In this document: in pieces, positions 7,164 through 16,626 of the stretch | How positions within the stretch are numbered: the stretch's first letter is position 1 | Layout of the letters: each line of letters starts with the position of its first letter | Origin: Myxococcota bacterium | Lineage (GTDB): Bacteria > Myxococcota > UBA4151 | Assembly: GCA_036338695.1 (NCBI GenBank) | Contig: JAYZBQ010000046.1 | Location: forward strand, 1-17,687 | Reading direction: 5' to 3' | Length of the DNA: 17,687 bases | Notes under the pieces: model-generated | Seen by the model: only the letters and a program-made list of their open reading frames with translations | Database searches by the model: none | What the model was told of the DNA's origin: nothing | Made by a program: the position numbers and the translations under genes

Positions 7164-7925
7164 GTGGGTGAAGATCTCAAGACCCTAGCGCGATTGCAGT
7201 TGACCGAAGACCGGATCGCCGAAGCGAGCAAGGCTCGTGACAGCTTGGTCGAGCAAGTCGAGGCACAAGAGACGACCGTCAAAGGACTCACCCGAAAGCG
7301 CAACGAGGTCCAAGACCGCTTCGACGCCGTCAAGCGTGAGTGGCGTGAGATCGAAGAGAGCGTCGACACCAAGAAGGCGGAGCTGAAGAAGTGGGAGGTG
7401 CGCCTGCAGACGCTGCAGGACTGGCGAGAGCAGCAGGCGCTGAACTCGGCGATCCGTGAGCACAAGCGCTCGATCGAGCACGCCGAGACCCAAGCCAACG
7501 AGAAGATCGCCGCCGTCGAGGAGCTCGAAGAGGCCTTCAACGCAGCGCAGTCTGCGCTCGAGGCGGCTCAGAGCGGCGTCTCGGCGCTCAACGCAGAGCT
7601 TGGCGAGCAAGAGAGCCAGACGAAGGCTGCGCTCGAGAGCGAGATGGCGCACCGCAGCCAACTGCTTGAGAGCTTAGCCGAGTCGGATCGCCGCCGGTAC
7701 GTCAGCCTGATCGAGTCGATCAAGCGCCGCCCTGCGCGCGCCGTCGCCGTCGCCAAAGGGGGGATCTGCGGCTTCTGCAACACCAAGATGCAGCCGCAGG
7801 TCTGGATCGAGGTGCAGCGCCAAGAAAAGGTGATCTACTGCCAAGGGTGCCGCCGAGCGCTGGTGCACGAGTCGGTCATGGCGGCTGGGGTCGAGCTGGA
7901 AGGCGTCGCCGCAGCGAGCGCCTAA
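7164..7925 (+). CDS. Coiled-coil protein with C-terminal C4-type zinc ribbon (DUF164 / HP0958-CdsZ-like)
   Basis: LARLQLTEDRI N-terminus, long heptad coiled coil, then AVAVAKGGICGFCNTKMQPQ...VIYCQGCRRALV (CxxC-x20-CxxC). Confidence 0.88.
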   Translation: MGEDLKTLARLQLTEDRIAEASKARDSLVEQVEAQETTVKGLTRKRNEVQDRFDAVKREWREIEESVDTKKAELKKWEVRLQTLQDWREQQALNSAIREHKRSIEHAETQANEKIAAVEELEEAFNAAQSALEAAQSGVSALNAELGEQESQTKAALESEMAHRSQLLESLAESDRRRYVSLIESIKRRPARAVAVAKGGICGFCNTKMQPQVWIEVQRQEKVIYCQGCRRALVHESVMAAGVELEGVAAASA

Positions 7926-7949
7926 GCACCGTATAACTGAGCAATCCAT

Positions 7950-8315
<366 letters not shown>

Positions 8316-8321
8316 CGTGGG

Positions 8322-10007
8322 TCAGGGCAGCGTGCCCTCTTCGATCTGCCCCACCACACCGGCGGCGTCGTCGGCGATCCGCTTGCACAGGCTGAGCGCA
8401 GGCCGCCACTGCGTGATCGGGCCGTGATGGTAGCCTAAGACCTGAGCCGCCTGGTGACGCATCATCTGCTCGATCGCTTGCAGCACCACCCGGCGAGACT
8501 CCTCGCTCAAGGCGCTGGGCTGCGCGTGGACCGGGAGCATGGGCAGCGTCAGCCCCCACTGGCCTAGGTCGCGCTCGAACCGGCGCATCACGACGAACTG
8601 CCAGGTGTTCCACACCGCCCCTGCTACCGCATCCTGTCGCGCCAGCTGCCGCATCACCTCGGGGACATCGAGGTGGTCCGGACGCATCACGCTCACCTCC
8701 GGCTCGGCGGGCGCATCGTCAGCGACCTCTGGCGCCGGCGCTCGTTGACGCCGCCTCGGCGCAGCGGCGACCACCTGACGGCCGAGCACCTGACTCGCCG
8801 CCTGTCCGAAGGCGTTGGCGAGGGTCCCTGCAGGGATCGCCCCAAGCCAGCGCGCCGCCACGGCTTCGCGCTCGGCGTCTTGATCGATCGTGCCCACGGG
8901 CATGGTCTGCAGCCGCTCGATCACGGTGTCGAGGAACGGGCTCGCCGCCGCAAGCTGGTCCTTGGCTTCCTCCTCGCCGATCCGGCGCACCCACGAGTCC
9001 GGGTCATCCCCAGACGCAAGGGTCAGGACCCGCGGGTTCAGCCCATGACGTAGCAACAGCTCGGCTGCCTTCTGCGCCGCCTCCTGCCCCGCTCGGTCGC
9101 CATCAAACAAAAGCAACGGCGAGATCTCGCGGCTGCGGCGCGCCATCAGCGCCGCCTGCTCTTCCGTAAAAGCGGTGCCGCTGCTGGCGACCGCCCCTTC
9201 CACCCCGAATTGCTCGAGGGCGATGGCGTCGAGCGGACCCTCCACAAGGATCAGCGGCTGCCCCGCTCGAAGCGCTCGGCGCGCTCGGTCCAGACCGAAC
9301 AAAACCTTGTTCTTCTCGTACAGCGGCGTGGCGGGGGGGTTGATGTATTTGCCGCCTTTATCGTCCTGCGGCAGGCGCCGACCGGCGAAGCCGATCACGC
9401 GCCCTTGCTCATCGCGGATCGGGATGATGATGCGGTTGGCGAACAAGAACCGGTTGTTCATTAACAGCCCGGCGTCCGTTAGCAAGCTGGCGTCTTTGCA
9501 GCCGTGGTGGTGCAGGGCATCAAAGGGCGCAAAGCCGATGCCCATGGTCTCGATGATGCGCCGGCTCAAGCCGCGCTGGCGGAGGTACTCGTAGGCGACA
9601 CGCCCGACCGGCATCGTCAGCGCCGAGACGAAGATCTCTTGAGCCTCTTTGCAGACACGGCGCAGGGTCTCGATGCGCGGATCGATCGCTGAGACGCGCG
9701 CCTTACCCGAGCCCTTAGCGCCGACCTCAACCGCCACCCCGGCGCGCTCGGCGAGGTAACGAACGGCTTCGGGGAAGCTGAGGAGCTCGCGCTCTTGGAC
9801 CCACGTAAAGATGTCCCCGTTGATGCCGCACCCAAAGCAGTGGAAGCGGCGCCGCGCCGAGCTGACGTTGAAGCTCGGCGTCTTCTCGCCGTGAAACGGG
9901 CATAGGCCGACGTGGTTGTTCCCGCGCTTCTCGAGCGAGACCACCTCGCCGACCAACTCGACGATGTCGACCTCTTCGCGCAGGCGTTCGATATCCTCTT
10001 TGCGCAC
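8322..10007 (-). CDS. dnaG: DNA primase
   Basis: CHC2 zinc finger GLCPFHGEKTPSFNV...FHCFGC, NRIIIPIRD...VIGFAGR, KYIN, TOPRIM ILVEGPLD...GTAFT...LFDGDRAG, GDDPDS. Confidence 0.95.
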   Translation of the reverse strand: MRKEDIERLREEVDIVELVGEVVSLEKRGNNHVGLCPFHGEKTPSFNVSSARRRFHCFGCGINGDIFTWVQERELLSFPEAVRYLAERAGVAVEVGAKGSGKARVSAIDPRIETLRRVCKEAQEIFVSALTMPVGRVAYEYLRQRGLSRRIIETMGIGFAPFDALHHHGCKDASLLTDAGLLMNNRFLFANRIIIPIRDEQGRVIGFAGRRLPQDDKGGKYINPPATPLYEKNKVLFGLDRARRALRAGQPLILVEGPLDAIALEQFGVEGAVASSGTAFTEEQAALMARRSREISPLLLFDGDRAGQEAAQKAAELLLRHGLNPRVLTLASGDDPDSWVRRIGEEEAKDQLAAASPFLDTVIERLQTMPVGTIDQDAEREAVAARWLGAIPAGTLANAFGQAASQVLGRQVVAAAPRRRQRAPAPEVADDAPAEPEVSVMRPDHLDVPEVMRQLARQDAVAGAVWNTWQFVVMRRFERDLGQWGLTLPMLPVHAQPSALSEESRRVVLQAIEQMMRHQAAQVLGYHHGPITQWRPALSLCKRIADDAAGVVGQIEEGTLP

Positions 10008-10068
10008 GCTCTAGGCTCTCCGACCGCTTAAGGCTGGGCGCTATCCTGCCTTGAGCCGTCTCAAAGCG

Positions 10069-10515
10069 CTAGTTTCCAGCGCCCAGAGCCGCCTTGACCT
10101 TCGCGGCGACCACGCGCCCTTCGGCGCGCCCTTCTGCGCGCCCGTTCACCAAACCCATGACGCGCCCCATATCCTTCATGGACGCAGCGCCGGTCTCAGC
10201 GATGGCCTCGGCGACCAGCGCGTCGACGGCTGCCTCGGACAGCGGCTGCGGCAAAAATGCGCTGAGCACCTCGACCTTGGCGCGCTCCTCATCGGCGTCT
10301 TCGCTGCGACCCGCCGCGTTGAACCCCTCGATGGTCTCATGGAGCTGCTTGACCTGCGTACGGATCACGCCGAGCACCTCCCCGTCCTCGAGGGGCTTGC
10401 CGGCGTCGATCTCGAGATTCTTGATCGCGGCGTTCAAACCCCGCAGCGCGCTCAGCGCCACCTTGTCCCGGGCTTTCATCGCCGTTTTGATGGCTTGGGT
10501 GATGTCGTTCTTCAT
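10069..10515 (-). CDS. yqeY: GatB/YqeY domain-containing protein
   Basis: AMKARDKVALSALR...AAIKNLEI, FLPQPLSE, GAASMKDMGRVMG...GRAEG; 148 aa, directly upstream of dnaG. Confidence 0.93.
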   Translation of the reverse strand: MKNDITQAIKTAMKARDKVALSALRGLNAAIKNLEIDAGKPLEDGEVLGVIRTQVKQLHETIEGFNAAGRSEDADEERAKVEVLSAFLPQPLSEAAVDALVAEAIAETGAASMKDMGRVMGLVNGRAEGRAEGRVVAAKVKAALGAGN

Positions 10516-10532
10516 GGTCTAATTGCTTCCCT

Positions 10533-10568
10533 AAAACGAGAAAATGCGAGGCGTCGATCACCCCGCAT
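10533..10568 (-). terminator. Probable intrinsic terminator or attenuator between rpsT and yqeY
   Basis: Minus strand ATGCGGGGTG-ATCGA-CGCCTCGCAT hairpin (10568-10544) followed by TTTCTCGTTTT. Confidence 0.7.
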
Positions 10569-10594
10569 CTCGGATCCTTGATTCGGCGGAACGT

Positions 10595-10852
10595 TTAGTT
10601 GCGCTTGAGCGCCTGCACCAAACGGGAGGTTCGGCGTGAGGCGGTCTGCCGGCGAAGGACACCCTTCTGAGCGGCACGCGCCAGGGCGATCTCTGCGTTC
10701 TTCACGAGCTCTGCGGCGTTCTCAGCGCCGCTCTCGATCGCAGCCTTCGCTGCCGAGACGGCGTTGCGATAGGTGCCGAGCACGGTTCGGTTGCGCAGAC
10801 GACGCTTCTCGTTTTGACGGATACGCTTACGAGCCTGATTACTATGAGCCAT
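10595..10852 (-). CDS. rpsT: 30S ribosomal protein S20
   Basis: MAHSNQARKRIRQNEKRRLRNR...AAQKGVLRRQTASRRTSRL; ATG 10852 preceded by GGAGG (10862-10858); 85 aa. Confidence 0.95.
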   Translation of the reverse strand: MAHSNQARKRIRQNEKRRLRNRTVLGTYRNAVSAAKAAIESGAENAAELVKNAEIALARAAQKGVLRRQTASRRTSRLVQALKRN

Positions 10853-10879
10853 TGAGTCCTCCACCCCATCGGGCGTGCG

Positions 10880-10908
10880 CATTTAGGGGGCCCATGCCAG
10901 CCTGTCAA
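10880..10908 (-). promoter_or_regulatory. Putative sigma70-type promoter of rpsT
   Basis: Perfect TTGACA (10908-10903), 17-bp spacer, TAAATG (10885-10880), GC-rich GCGCACGCC after it. Confidence 0.65.
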
Positions 10909-10916
10909 CGAGCAAT

Positions 10917-11900
10917 TTAGGCCGAGCAGACCTCAAGGCACAGCGCCTCCATGGTGGCGCGCTCCGATCCACCCCAGCCACCTTTGAGCCGATCATCCGC
11001 TCGATGAAGCGCATCGAGCGCCCGTATCATGCGGTTTGGTGTCCAATTTTTGAGGAGATGGGCGCTCCGGCGGACCTCAAAGGGTGGGACGCCCGCCTGA
11101 CGAGCGAGCTGCCCCTGCGGGACCCTGGCCGCTTGAGCCCCGAGCAAGCGCGCCAAGCTACGAAACCGATACGCCAGCCCCGGCACCAGCTCGTGACCGC
11201 TGCGCTGGTCATCCAGCAGCCGCTGCATCAAAATCAGCGCCTCGCCCAGGCGCTGAGCTGCGAGCAGGTCAGCGAGCTTCCAGACGTCTTCATCGAGGAT
11301 GGGCTGGATCATGCGATCGATCATCGGCGGATCGATCACGGCGCCGCTCGCAAACAAGTCCAACTTCTCGAGCGCCTGAGCCAGCTGGGCTCGATCCGTC
11401 CCGAGCGCACGCACGATGTGGTGCGCAGCCGGTGCGTCGAGCTGGACACGACGCGCCTGCGCCCGCTGCGTCAGCCAGCGCGCCGCCTCGGCGTCATTGA
11501 GCGGCTTGAACTCGGTCAGAAAGCCCGCTTTCGCCGCCAGCTTCGTGACCTTCAGGCGCTTATCCGGCGCCCCCGCCAGCACCAGAACCAGCAGCGTGCT
11601 CGGGTTGGGGTTCTCAAGATAGGGGATCAGTTTACCCAGCAGTTTGGTCCCTTGCGCTTTGCTGTGACCCCGCCACACCAGCAGGCGCCCTTCGGCGAAG
11701 GCAGGCATCGACTGGCACGCGCCCATCAGCTCGTCGGCGCTGCGCTCCTCACCGTAGAAGCGCTCAATGTTCATCTCGGGGAAGTTCCCCTGCTCAAACA
11801 CGGCTCGCCACTGCGCCAGCTGGTCGTCGAGCGCGAAGCGGTCGTCACCGTAGATAATTCGGACCGGCCCCGTCGCCTTGAGCAGCTCCGCGACGCTCAT
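10917..11900 (-). CDS. holA: DNA polymerase III subunit delta
   Basis: IIYGDDRF, MNIERFYG, CQSMPAFAEGRLLV, YLENPNPSTLLVL, LEKLDLF, DVWKLADLL, ADDRLKGG; follows lptE with ATGA overlap. Confidence 0.92.
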   Translation of the reverse strand: MSVAELLKATGPVRIIYGDDRFALDDQLAQWRAVFEQGNFPEMNIERFYGEERSADELMGACQSMPAFAEGRLLVWRGHSKAQGTKLLGKLIPYLENPNPSTLLVLVLAGAPDKRLKVTKLAAKAGFLTEFKPLNDAEAARWLTQRAQARRVQLDAPAAHHIVRALGTDRAQLAQALEKLDLFASGAVIDPPMIDRMIQPILDEDVWKLADLLAAQRLGEALILMQRLLDDQRSGHELVPGLAYRFRSLARLLGAQAARVPQGQLARQAGVPPFEVRRSAHLLKNWTPNRMIRALDALHRADDRLKGGWGGSERATMEALCLEVCSA

Positions 11901-12361
11901 TCGAGCGCCTCGGCGAGCTTTGCGGCGAGCTTGACCCCCATGGAGTCTGCGACGCGCTGCAGGTTGAGCGCGCGCTCATCCAAGCCTTGATCAGGGGCAA
12001 GGGTGACGATCTCGGTCAGCCGGAACACGCGCTCATGCCCTGCGATGCGCGCCGTGAGCCGGAGGCTAAACTGCTCCCCAAAGACGACCGCCCGCCGATT
12101 CACGGTGTTGTACAGCGTCGTCCGGTCCCAGGGCGTGATCTGAACGGTCAGCCGGCGCGCCTTTCCGGGTCCCTTGGTCAAGCCGCTGCGTGCGAGCGCA
12201 GCGGGCAGGTGACGCTTGAGCGATTCGCCCACCCCCTGGCCGCCTTGGTCGACCACGACAACCGGCGCAAGCGGCGCGCCGTACGGGTTATCCCCCAGCG
12301 CAAACTTGAAGCCGCATCCGGTCAGAAGGAGCGAGAGGCTGAGGAACCCGAGCGATCTCAT
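11897..12361 (-). CDS. lptE: LPS-assembly lipoprotein LptE family
   Basis: Lipobox LTGC followed by GFKF; size 154 aa; conserved position in leuS-lptE-holA with ATGA overlaps on both sides. Sequence itself is divergent, so the call leans on synteny. Confidence 0.7.
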   Translation of the reverse strand: MRSLGFLSLSLLLTGCGFKFALGDNPYGAPLAPVVVVDQGGQGVGESLKRHLPAALARSGLTKGPGKARRLTVQITPWDRTTLYNTVNRRAVVFGEQFSLRLTARIAGHERVFRLTEIVTLAPDQGLDERALNLQRVADSMGVKLAAKLAEALE

Positions 12362-14835
12362 CGGGCGACGAAGTTCACCAGGCGCCCGGGCACGACGATC
12401 TCTTTGATCAAGGTTTTGCCCTCGAGGTGACGCGCCACGCTTGGCTCCGCTTTGGCGGCTGCTAAGATCGTCGCTTTGTCCGCGCCGGGCGCCACGCTGA
12501 TCTTTCCGCGCAGCTTACCCATAACCTGGACGACGATCGTCACCGAGGACTCCGCGCAAGCCGCCTCGTCGTAGTCAGGCCACGGGGTCCGCATCAGGTC
12601 CGCTTGACCGCCGAGCAGGGCGTGGAGCTCATCGGCGAGGTGCGGCGCAAAGGGGAAGAGAGCGTGCGCCACCACCGCCATGCTCTCGCGTGCGACGCCA
12701 GGGTGCACGGACGCTGCCTCGCCCACCCCCGCCGAGGAGACGGCGTTCAGGTGCTCCATGATCGCAGCGATCGCGGTGTTAAAGTGGAAGCCGTTCTCGA
12801 GATCATGCGTGACCTTGCGGAGCATCTTATGGGTCGAGCGCCGCAGCGACTCGTCAGCCTCGCTCAGCGCCTCCGGCACGTCGACCGCCGGCAGCGCAGC
12901 GGCAGCCGCTCCGAGCCGGTAGGCACGGCGCAAAAACCGGTAGGCGCCCTCGACGCCGTTGTCATTCCACACCAGCTCCTTCTCGGGCGGCGCGGCAAAG
13001 AGGATGAACAGCCGAGCCGTGTCGGTCCCGTAGCGATCGATGATCGCGCTCGGGTCCACCACGTTGCCCTTGGACTTGCTCATTTTGGCGCCGTCCTTGA
13101 TCACCATCCCTTGCGTCGTGAGCCGCTTGAACGGCTCCCGAGGCACCTCGTAGCCGAGGTCGCTGAGCGCCTTCATGAAGAAGCGCGAATAGAGCAGGTG
13201 CATGCAGGCGTGCTCGATGCCGCCGATGTAATGATCCACTGGCATCCAGCGCGCCACGGCGCCTGGGTCAAAGGGCCCGTCCTCATGGCGCGGGCTGCAG
13301 TAGCGCAGGAAGTACCAGCTGCTCTGCCAGAAGGTGTCGAAGGTGTCGGTCTCGCGCTGCGCCGGCGTCCCACAGCTCGGGCACGGGACGTGCTTCCAGG
13401 TGGGATGGTTGGCGAGCGGTGAGCCTTCTCCCGTTAGCTCGGCGTCATCGGGCAAGGTCACCGGCAGGTCCTCGTCGGGCACCGGCACCACCCCGCACGA
13501 GTCGCAGTAGATCACCGGGATGGGCGCGCCCCAATAGCGCTGGCGAGAGATCCCCCAGTCGCGCAGGCGGAAGTTGATCGTGGCGCCGCCGCAGCCGAGC
13601 GCCTCGAGACGCTCGGCGATCACCCGCTTGGCTTCTTCGTTCGCTAAGCCGTCGAAGTCACCGCTGTTGAACAAGGTCCCCGGCTCCGGGCGCGCCTCAT
13701 CCATGGCGCTCGCCTCAAGCGGCTCCTCAACCCCGTCAGGCTGGATCACCGGGACGATGTCGAGCCCGTAAGCTTTCGCAAATTCAAAGTCGCGCTGGTC
13801 GTGCGCGGGGACCGCCATCACGGCGCCGGTCCCGTAGTCCATCAAGACAAAGTTGGCGACGTAGATCGGCAGCTTACGATCGAGCAGCGGGTGCTGGGCG
13901 TACATCCCGGTAAACACGCCGCGCTTCTCGGCGCCGTCGCCGCGCTCGCTGCGGTCGGCCCGCCCCATCTCAGCGACGAAGGCGCTGACCTCAGCGTCCT
14001 TCCCGCCGCGCCGAGCGAGCTCCATCACCAGCGGATGCTCCGGCGCCAAGCTCATGAACGTGCAGCCCATGAAGGTGTCCGGGCGCGTCGTAAACACCTC
14101 CACCGAGCCCAAGTCCTCAGCACCGATCACGGGCAAACCGATCCGAGCGCCGACGCTTCGCCCGATCCAATTGCGCTGCATGGCGCGCACGGCGTCGGGC
14201 CACTGCTCCAGGGTGTCGATATCGTCGAGCAGCTCCTGCGCATAGTCGGTGATGCGGATGCTCCAGGCTTCGAGGTCGCGCTGCTCGACCACCGTTGAAC
14301 AGCGCCAGCAGCCGCCGTCGACGACCTGCTCGTTCGCCAAGACGGTCTGATCGTGAGGGCACCAGTTGACGCGCTGCTTGGAGCGAAAGGCGATGCCCTT
14401 CGCCAGCATATCGAGGAAGATCTTTTGCTCCCAGCGGAAGTAGCCGGGGTGACAGGTCGCCAGCTCGCGGTCCCAGTCGTAGCTCAGCCCCAGCCGCTTG
14501 AACTGGGCGCGCATGTCCTTGATGTTGGCGTAAGTCCACGTGCCGGGGTGGCTGTTGTTCTTGATGGCGGCGTTCTCTGCCGGCATCCCGAACGCGTCCC
14601 AACCGATTGGGTGCAAGACCTGGTGCCCACGGCGGCGTAAGAAGCGTGCGACGGCGTCACCGATGCTGTAGTTGCGCACGTGACCCATGTGGATCCGCCC
14701 GGACGGATACGGGAACATCTCAAGGACGTAGTACGGGTTGTCACCCTCTGTCTCGGCGACGAAGGCGCCCGTCTCATCCCAGCGCTGCTGCCAGCGCGGC
14801 TCGATCTCAAGCGGTTGATACTCTGACTCGGTCAA
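12358..14835 (-). CDS. leuS: Leucine--tRNA ligase
   Basis: YYVLEMFPYPSGRIHMGH (HIGH), GWDAFGMPAENAA, editing domain FTTRPDT...GTGAVMAVPAHDQRD, RLRDWGISRQRYWG, KMSKSKGN. Likely start TTG at 14835 after GAGGAG (14846-14841). Confidence 0.97.
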   Translation of the reverse strand: MTESEYQPLEIEPRWQQRWDETGAFVAETEGDNPYYVLEMFPYPSGRIHMGHVRNYSIGDAVARFLRRRGHQVLHPIGWDAFGMPAENAAIKNNSHPGTWTYANIKDMRAQFKRLGLSYDWDRELATCHPGYFRWEQKIFLDMLAKGIAFRSKQRVNWCPHDQTVLANEQVVDGGCWRCSTVVEQRDLEAWSIRITDYAQELLDDIDTLEQWPDAVRAMQRNWIGRSVGARIGLPVIGAEDLGSVEVFTTRPDTFMGCTFMSLAPEHPLVMELARRGGKDAEVSAFVAEMGRADRSERGDGAEKRGVFTGMYAQHPLLDRKLPIYVANFVLMDYGTGAVMAVPAHDQRDFEFAKAYGLDIVPVIQPDGVEEPLEASAMDEARPEPGTLFNSGDFDGLANEEAKRVIAERLEALGCGGATINFRLRDWGISRQRYWGAPIPVIYCDSCGVVPVPDEDLPVTLPDDAELTGEGSPLANHPTWKHVPCPSCGTPAQRETDTFDTFWQSSWYFLRYCSPRHEDGPFDPGAVARWMPVDHYIGGIEHACMHLLYSRFFMKALSDLGYEVPREPFKRLTTQGMVIKDGAKMSKSKGNVVDPSAIIDRYGTDTARLFILFAAPPEKELVWNDNGVEGAYRFLRRAYRLGAAAAALPAVDVPEALSEADESLRRSTHKMLRKVTHDLENGFHFNTAIAAIMEHLNAVSSAGVGEAASVHPGVARESMAVVAHALFPFAPHLADELHALLGGQADLMRTPWPDYDEAACAESSVTIVVQVMGKLRGKISVAPGADKATILAAAKAEPSVARHLEGKTLIKEIVVPGRLVNFVAR

Positions 14836-14871
14836 CGCGTCTCCTCGCGGGGCTCCCTGTGCCGCCGCTGC

Positions 14872-14900
14872 GGCATAGCCGCCCCAGCGCGTCGCTACAA
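14872..14900 (-). promoter_or_regulatory. Putative sigma70-type promoter of the leuS operon
   Basis: TTGTAG (14900-14895), 17-bp spacer, TATGCC (14877-14872), GC-rich GCAGCGGCGG after it, in the only intergenic gap upstream of leuS. Confidence 0.45.
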
Positions 14901-14932
14901 GCGTCGCTCGCCCATGGCAGCCTGACGCCGAG

Positions 14933-16504
14933 CTAGAGGCCCCAGACGCGCTGCGGCTCCAGCCGATCGATCCACGTCCCATCGCCCACTTGGCCATGCT
15001 CGTTGTAGCCCCAGCACCAGATCACGCCCTCGCTCGTCAGAGCGCAGCTGTGGTAGTAGCCAGTGTCGACGCGGGCGATCCCCTCGGGCAGCCCGACCAC
15101 CAGCGCCGCCCGGTTCGAGTCGTTGCGCGTCCCCGTCCCGAGCTGCCCGCCTTGATTTTGACCCCAGCACAGAACGGCGCCGTCGCGCAGCGCGCAGCTG
15201 TGCCGGCCGCCGGCGGCGACATGGTCGACCCCCACCAAGCCTGCGACGATGCTCGGCGGCCGGCTCGCCTCGCGGCTGTTGGTGCCCAGCTGCCCGTGTT
15301 CATTAGCGCCCCAGCAGGCGGCGACCCCCGACATGGTGGCGCAGCTGTGATCCCACATGGCGCTCAAGGTCGTCACCGGCGCCGGCGCCACGACCCGCCT
15401 CGGCCGCGCCGAGTCATCGCCAGCGAAGCCCAGCTGACCGGCGCTGTTTTTACCCCAGCAAAAGACCGACTGATCGTTTCGCAGCACGCAGGTGTGCTGA
15501 AACCCGGCGGCGAGGGTCGCGACGCCATTCAGGCCCTGAACGAGCGTGGGCGCCGCGCGGCGCTCGAGGGTGCCGTCGCCGATCTGTCCCTCGGCGTTGC
15601 GCCCCCAGCACAGGACGGTCCCCTGCGTGGTCCGGGCGCAGGCATGCGCCGAGCCCACCGCCACCTGCGCGACCGGCTGCCCAACGGGCACCTGACGCGG
15701 CGTGACGTGATGCTGGGTCGTGCCGTCCCCGGTTTGCCCAAAGTCATTACGCCCCCAGCAGTGAGCGGTCTCGTCGGAGCGCACCGCGCAGCTGGTGTAG
15801 GCGCCGAGCGCCAGCGCCCGAATGTTGGCGAGCCCCGGGATCATGCGCGCCCCGTTGCGATCGAGCAGGTCGTCGAGCCCGAGCTGACCGAACTGGTTGT
15901 CACCAAAACATGCCACCGTGGCGTCATCGAGCAGCGCGCAGGTGTGCAGCCCCCCCAGCGCGATCGCCTGGGTTCGACCTCGGTCCACCACCACGCCGGC
16001 GTCCTCGTCCTGTGCGTCTGGGGTGTCATCCCCCCCATCGCCGGGCGCCACATCGTGCCCGGGGCTGCCCCCATCGTGTGCCCCGACGTCGCCCTCGGCG
16101 CCTCCGTCGAGCCGCTCAGATACCGCATCCAGTGTCGCAGCGTCACCCGGTGCGTTCGCGTCACCCGGTGCGCTCGCGTCCTCGATCACCCCTGCGTCAC
16201 CGCGTGCGGCGTCGCCGCGCTCGCCACCATCCGCAACGACGAGCACGTCGGCGCCAGCGCCCGCATCGTCGATCACAGCCGTATCCGAGACGCCCGCATC
16301 GGCGACGTCTACGTCCGAGCCGCCTGCGTCAGCGGGCATGCCCCAATCCATCGGTGCCGCGTCCGGGCGCACGTCACGCAAGCCTGCGTCAAGCAAGCCT
16401 GAATCTGCGCGGCCGGGAAAGCCTACATCCGCAGGCTCAGGGACCGTGAGAAACACGCTGCAACCGGCGGTCCAGAGCAGCGCACTAATGAGCATGAACT
16501 TCAC
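14933..16504 (-). CDS. RCC1/BLIP-II-repeat beta-propeller lipoprotein with long Asp/Ala/Gly-rich linker
   Basis: Lipobox TAGC; ~150-aa D/A/G-rich stalk; seven repeats (GGLHTC, GAYTSC, GSAHAC, GFQHTC, MWDHSC, GGRHSC, GYYHSC), each followed by C[WF]GxNxxGQxG. Start may be GTG 16504 or ATG 16495. Confidence 0.9.
   Translation of the reverse strand: MKFMLISALLWTAGCSVFLTVPEPADVGFPGRADSGLLDAGLRDVRPDAAPMDWGMPADAGGSDVDVADAGVSDTAVIDDAGAGADVLVVADGGERGDAARGDAGVIEDASAPGDANAPGDAATLDAVSERLDGGAEGDVGAHDGGSPGHDVAPGDGGDDTPDAQDEDAGVVVDRGRTQAIALGGLHTCALLDDATVACFGDNQFGQLGLDDLLDRNGARMIPGLANIRALALGAYTSCAVRSDETAHCWGRNDFGQTGDGTTQHHVTPRQVPVGQPVAQVAVGSAHACARTTQGTVLCWGRNAEGQIGDGTLERRAAPTLVQGLNGVATLAAGFQHTCVLRNDQSVFCWGKNSAGQLGFAGDDSARPRRVVAPAPVTTLSAMWDHSCATMSGVAACWGANEHGQLGTNSREASRPPSIVAGLVGVDHVAAGGRHSCALRDGAVLCWGQNQGGQLGTGTRNDSNRAALVVGLPEGIARVDTGYYHSCALTSEGVIWCWGYNEHGQVGDGTWIDRLEPQRVWGL
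16140..16180. repeat. 18-bp in-frame tandem duplication in the RCC1 lipoprotein linker
   Basis: GCGTCACCCGGTGCGTTC / GCGTCACCCGGTGCGCTC / GCGTC; encodes DASAPG-DANAPG-DA on the minus strand. Confidence 0.8.
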
Positions 16505-16626
16505 CCTCAGACGCTGCCGGACTGGCCGGCCTCGGTCAAGCGCAAGCGGCGGTGCGCAACCCCTTCCCAGGCCTAGCCTTGGCCGATTATGAGGGCTGTC
16601 GACTCGACGACTTGGAGCGGGACTCG

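Noticed and set aside
14889..14908. GCGTCGCT direct repeat around the leuS -35 element; T-box leader
   Set aside because: An 8-bp GC-rich repeat is expected by chance here, and the gap is too short for a T-box and lacks its motif.
14836..14997. 54-aa N-terminal extension of LeuS in the ORF track
   Set aside because: It overlaps the RCC1 gene end and the putative promoter; LeuS homology starts at TTG 14835, which has a GAGGAG RBS.
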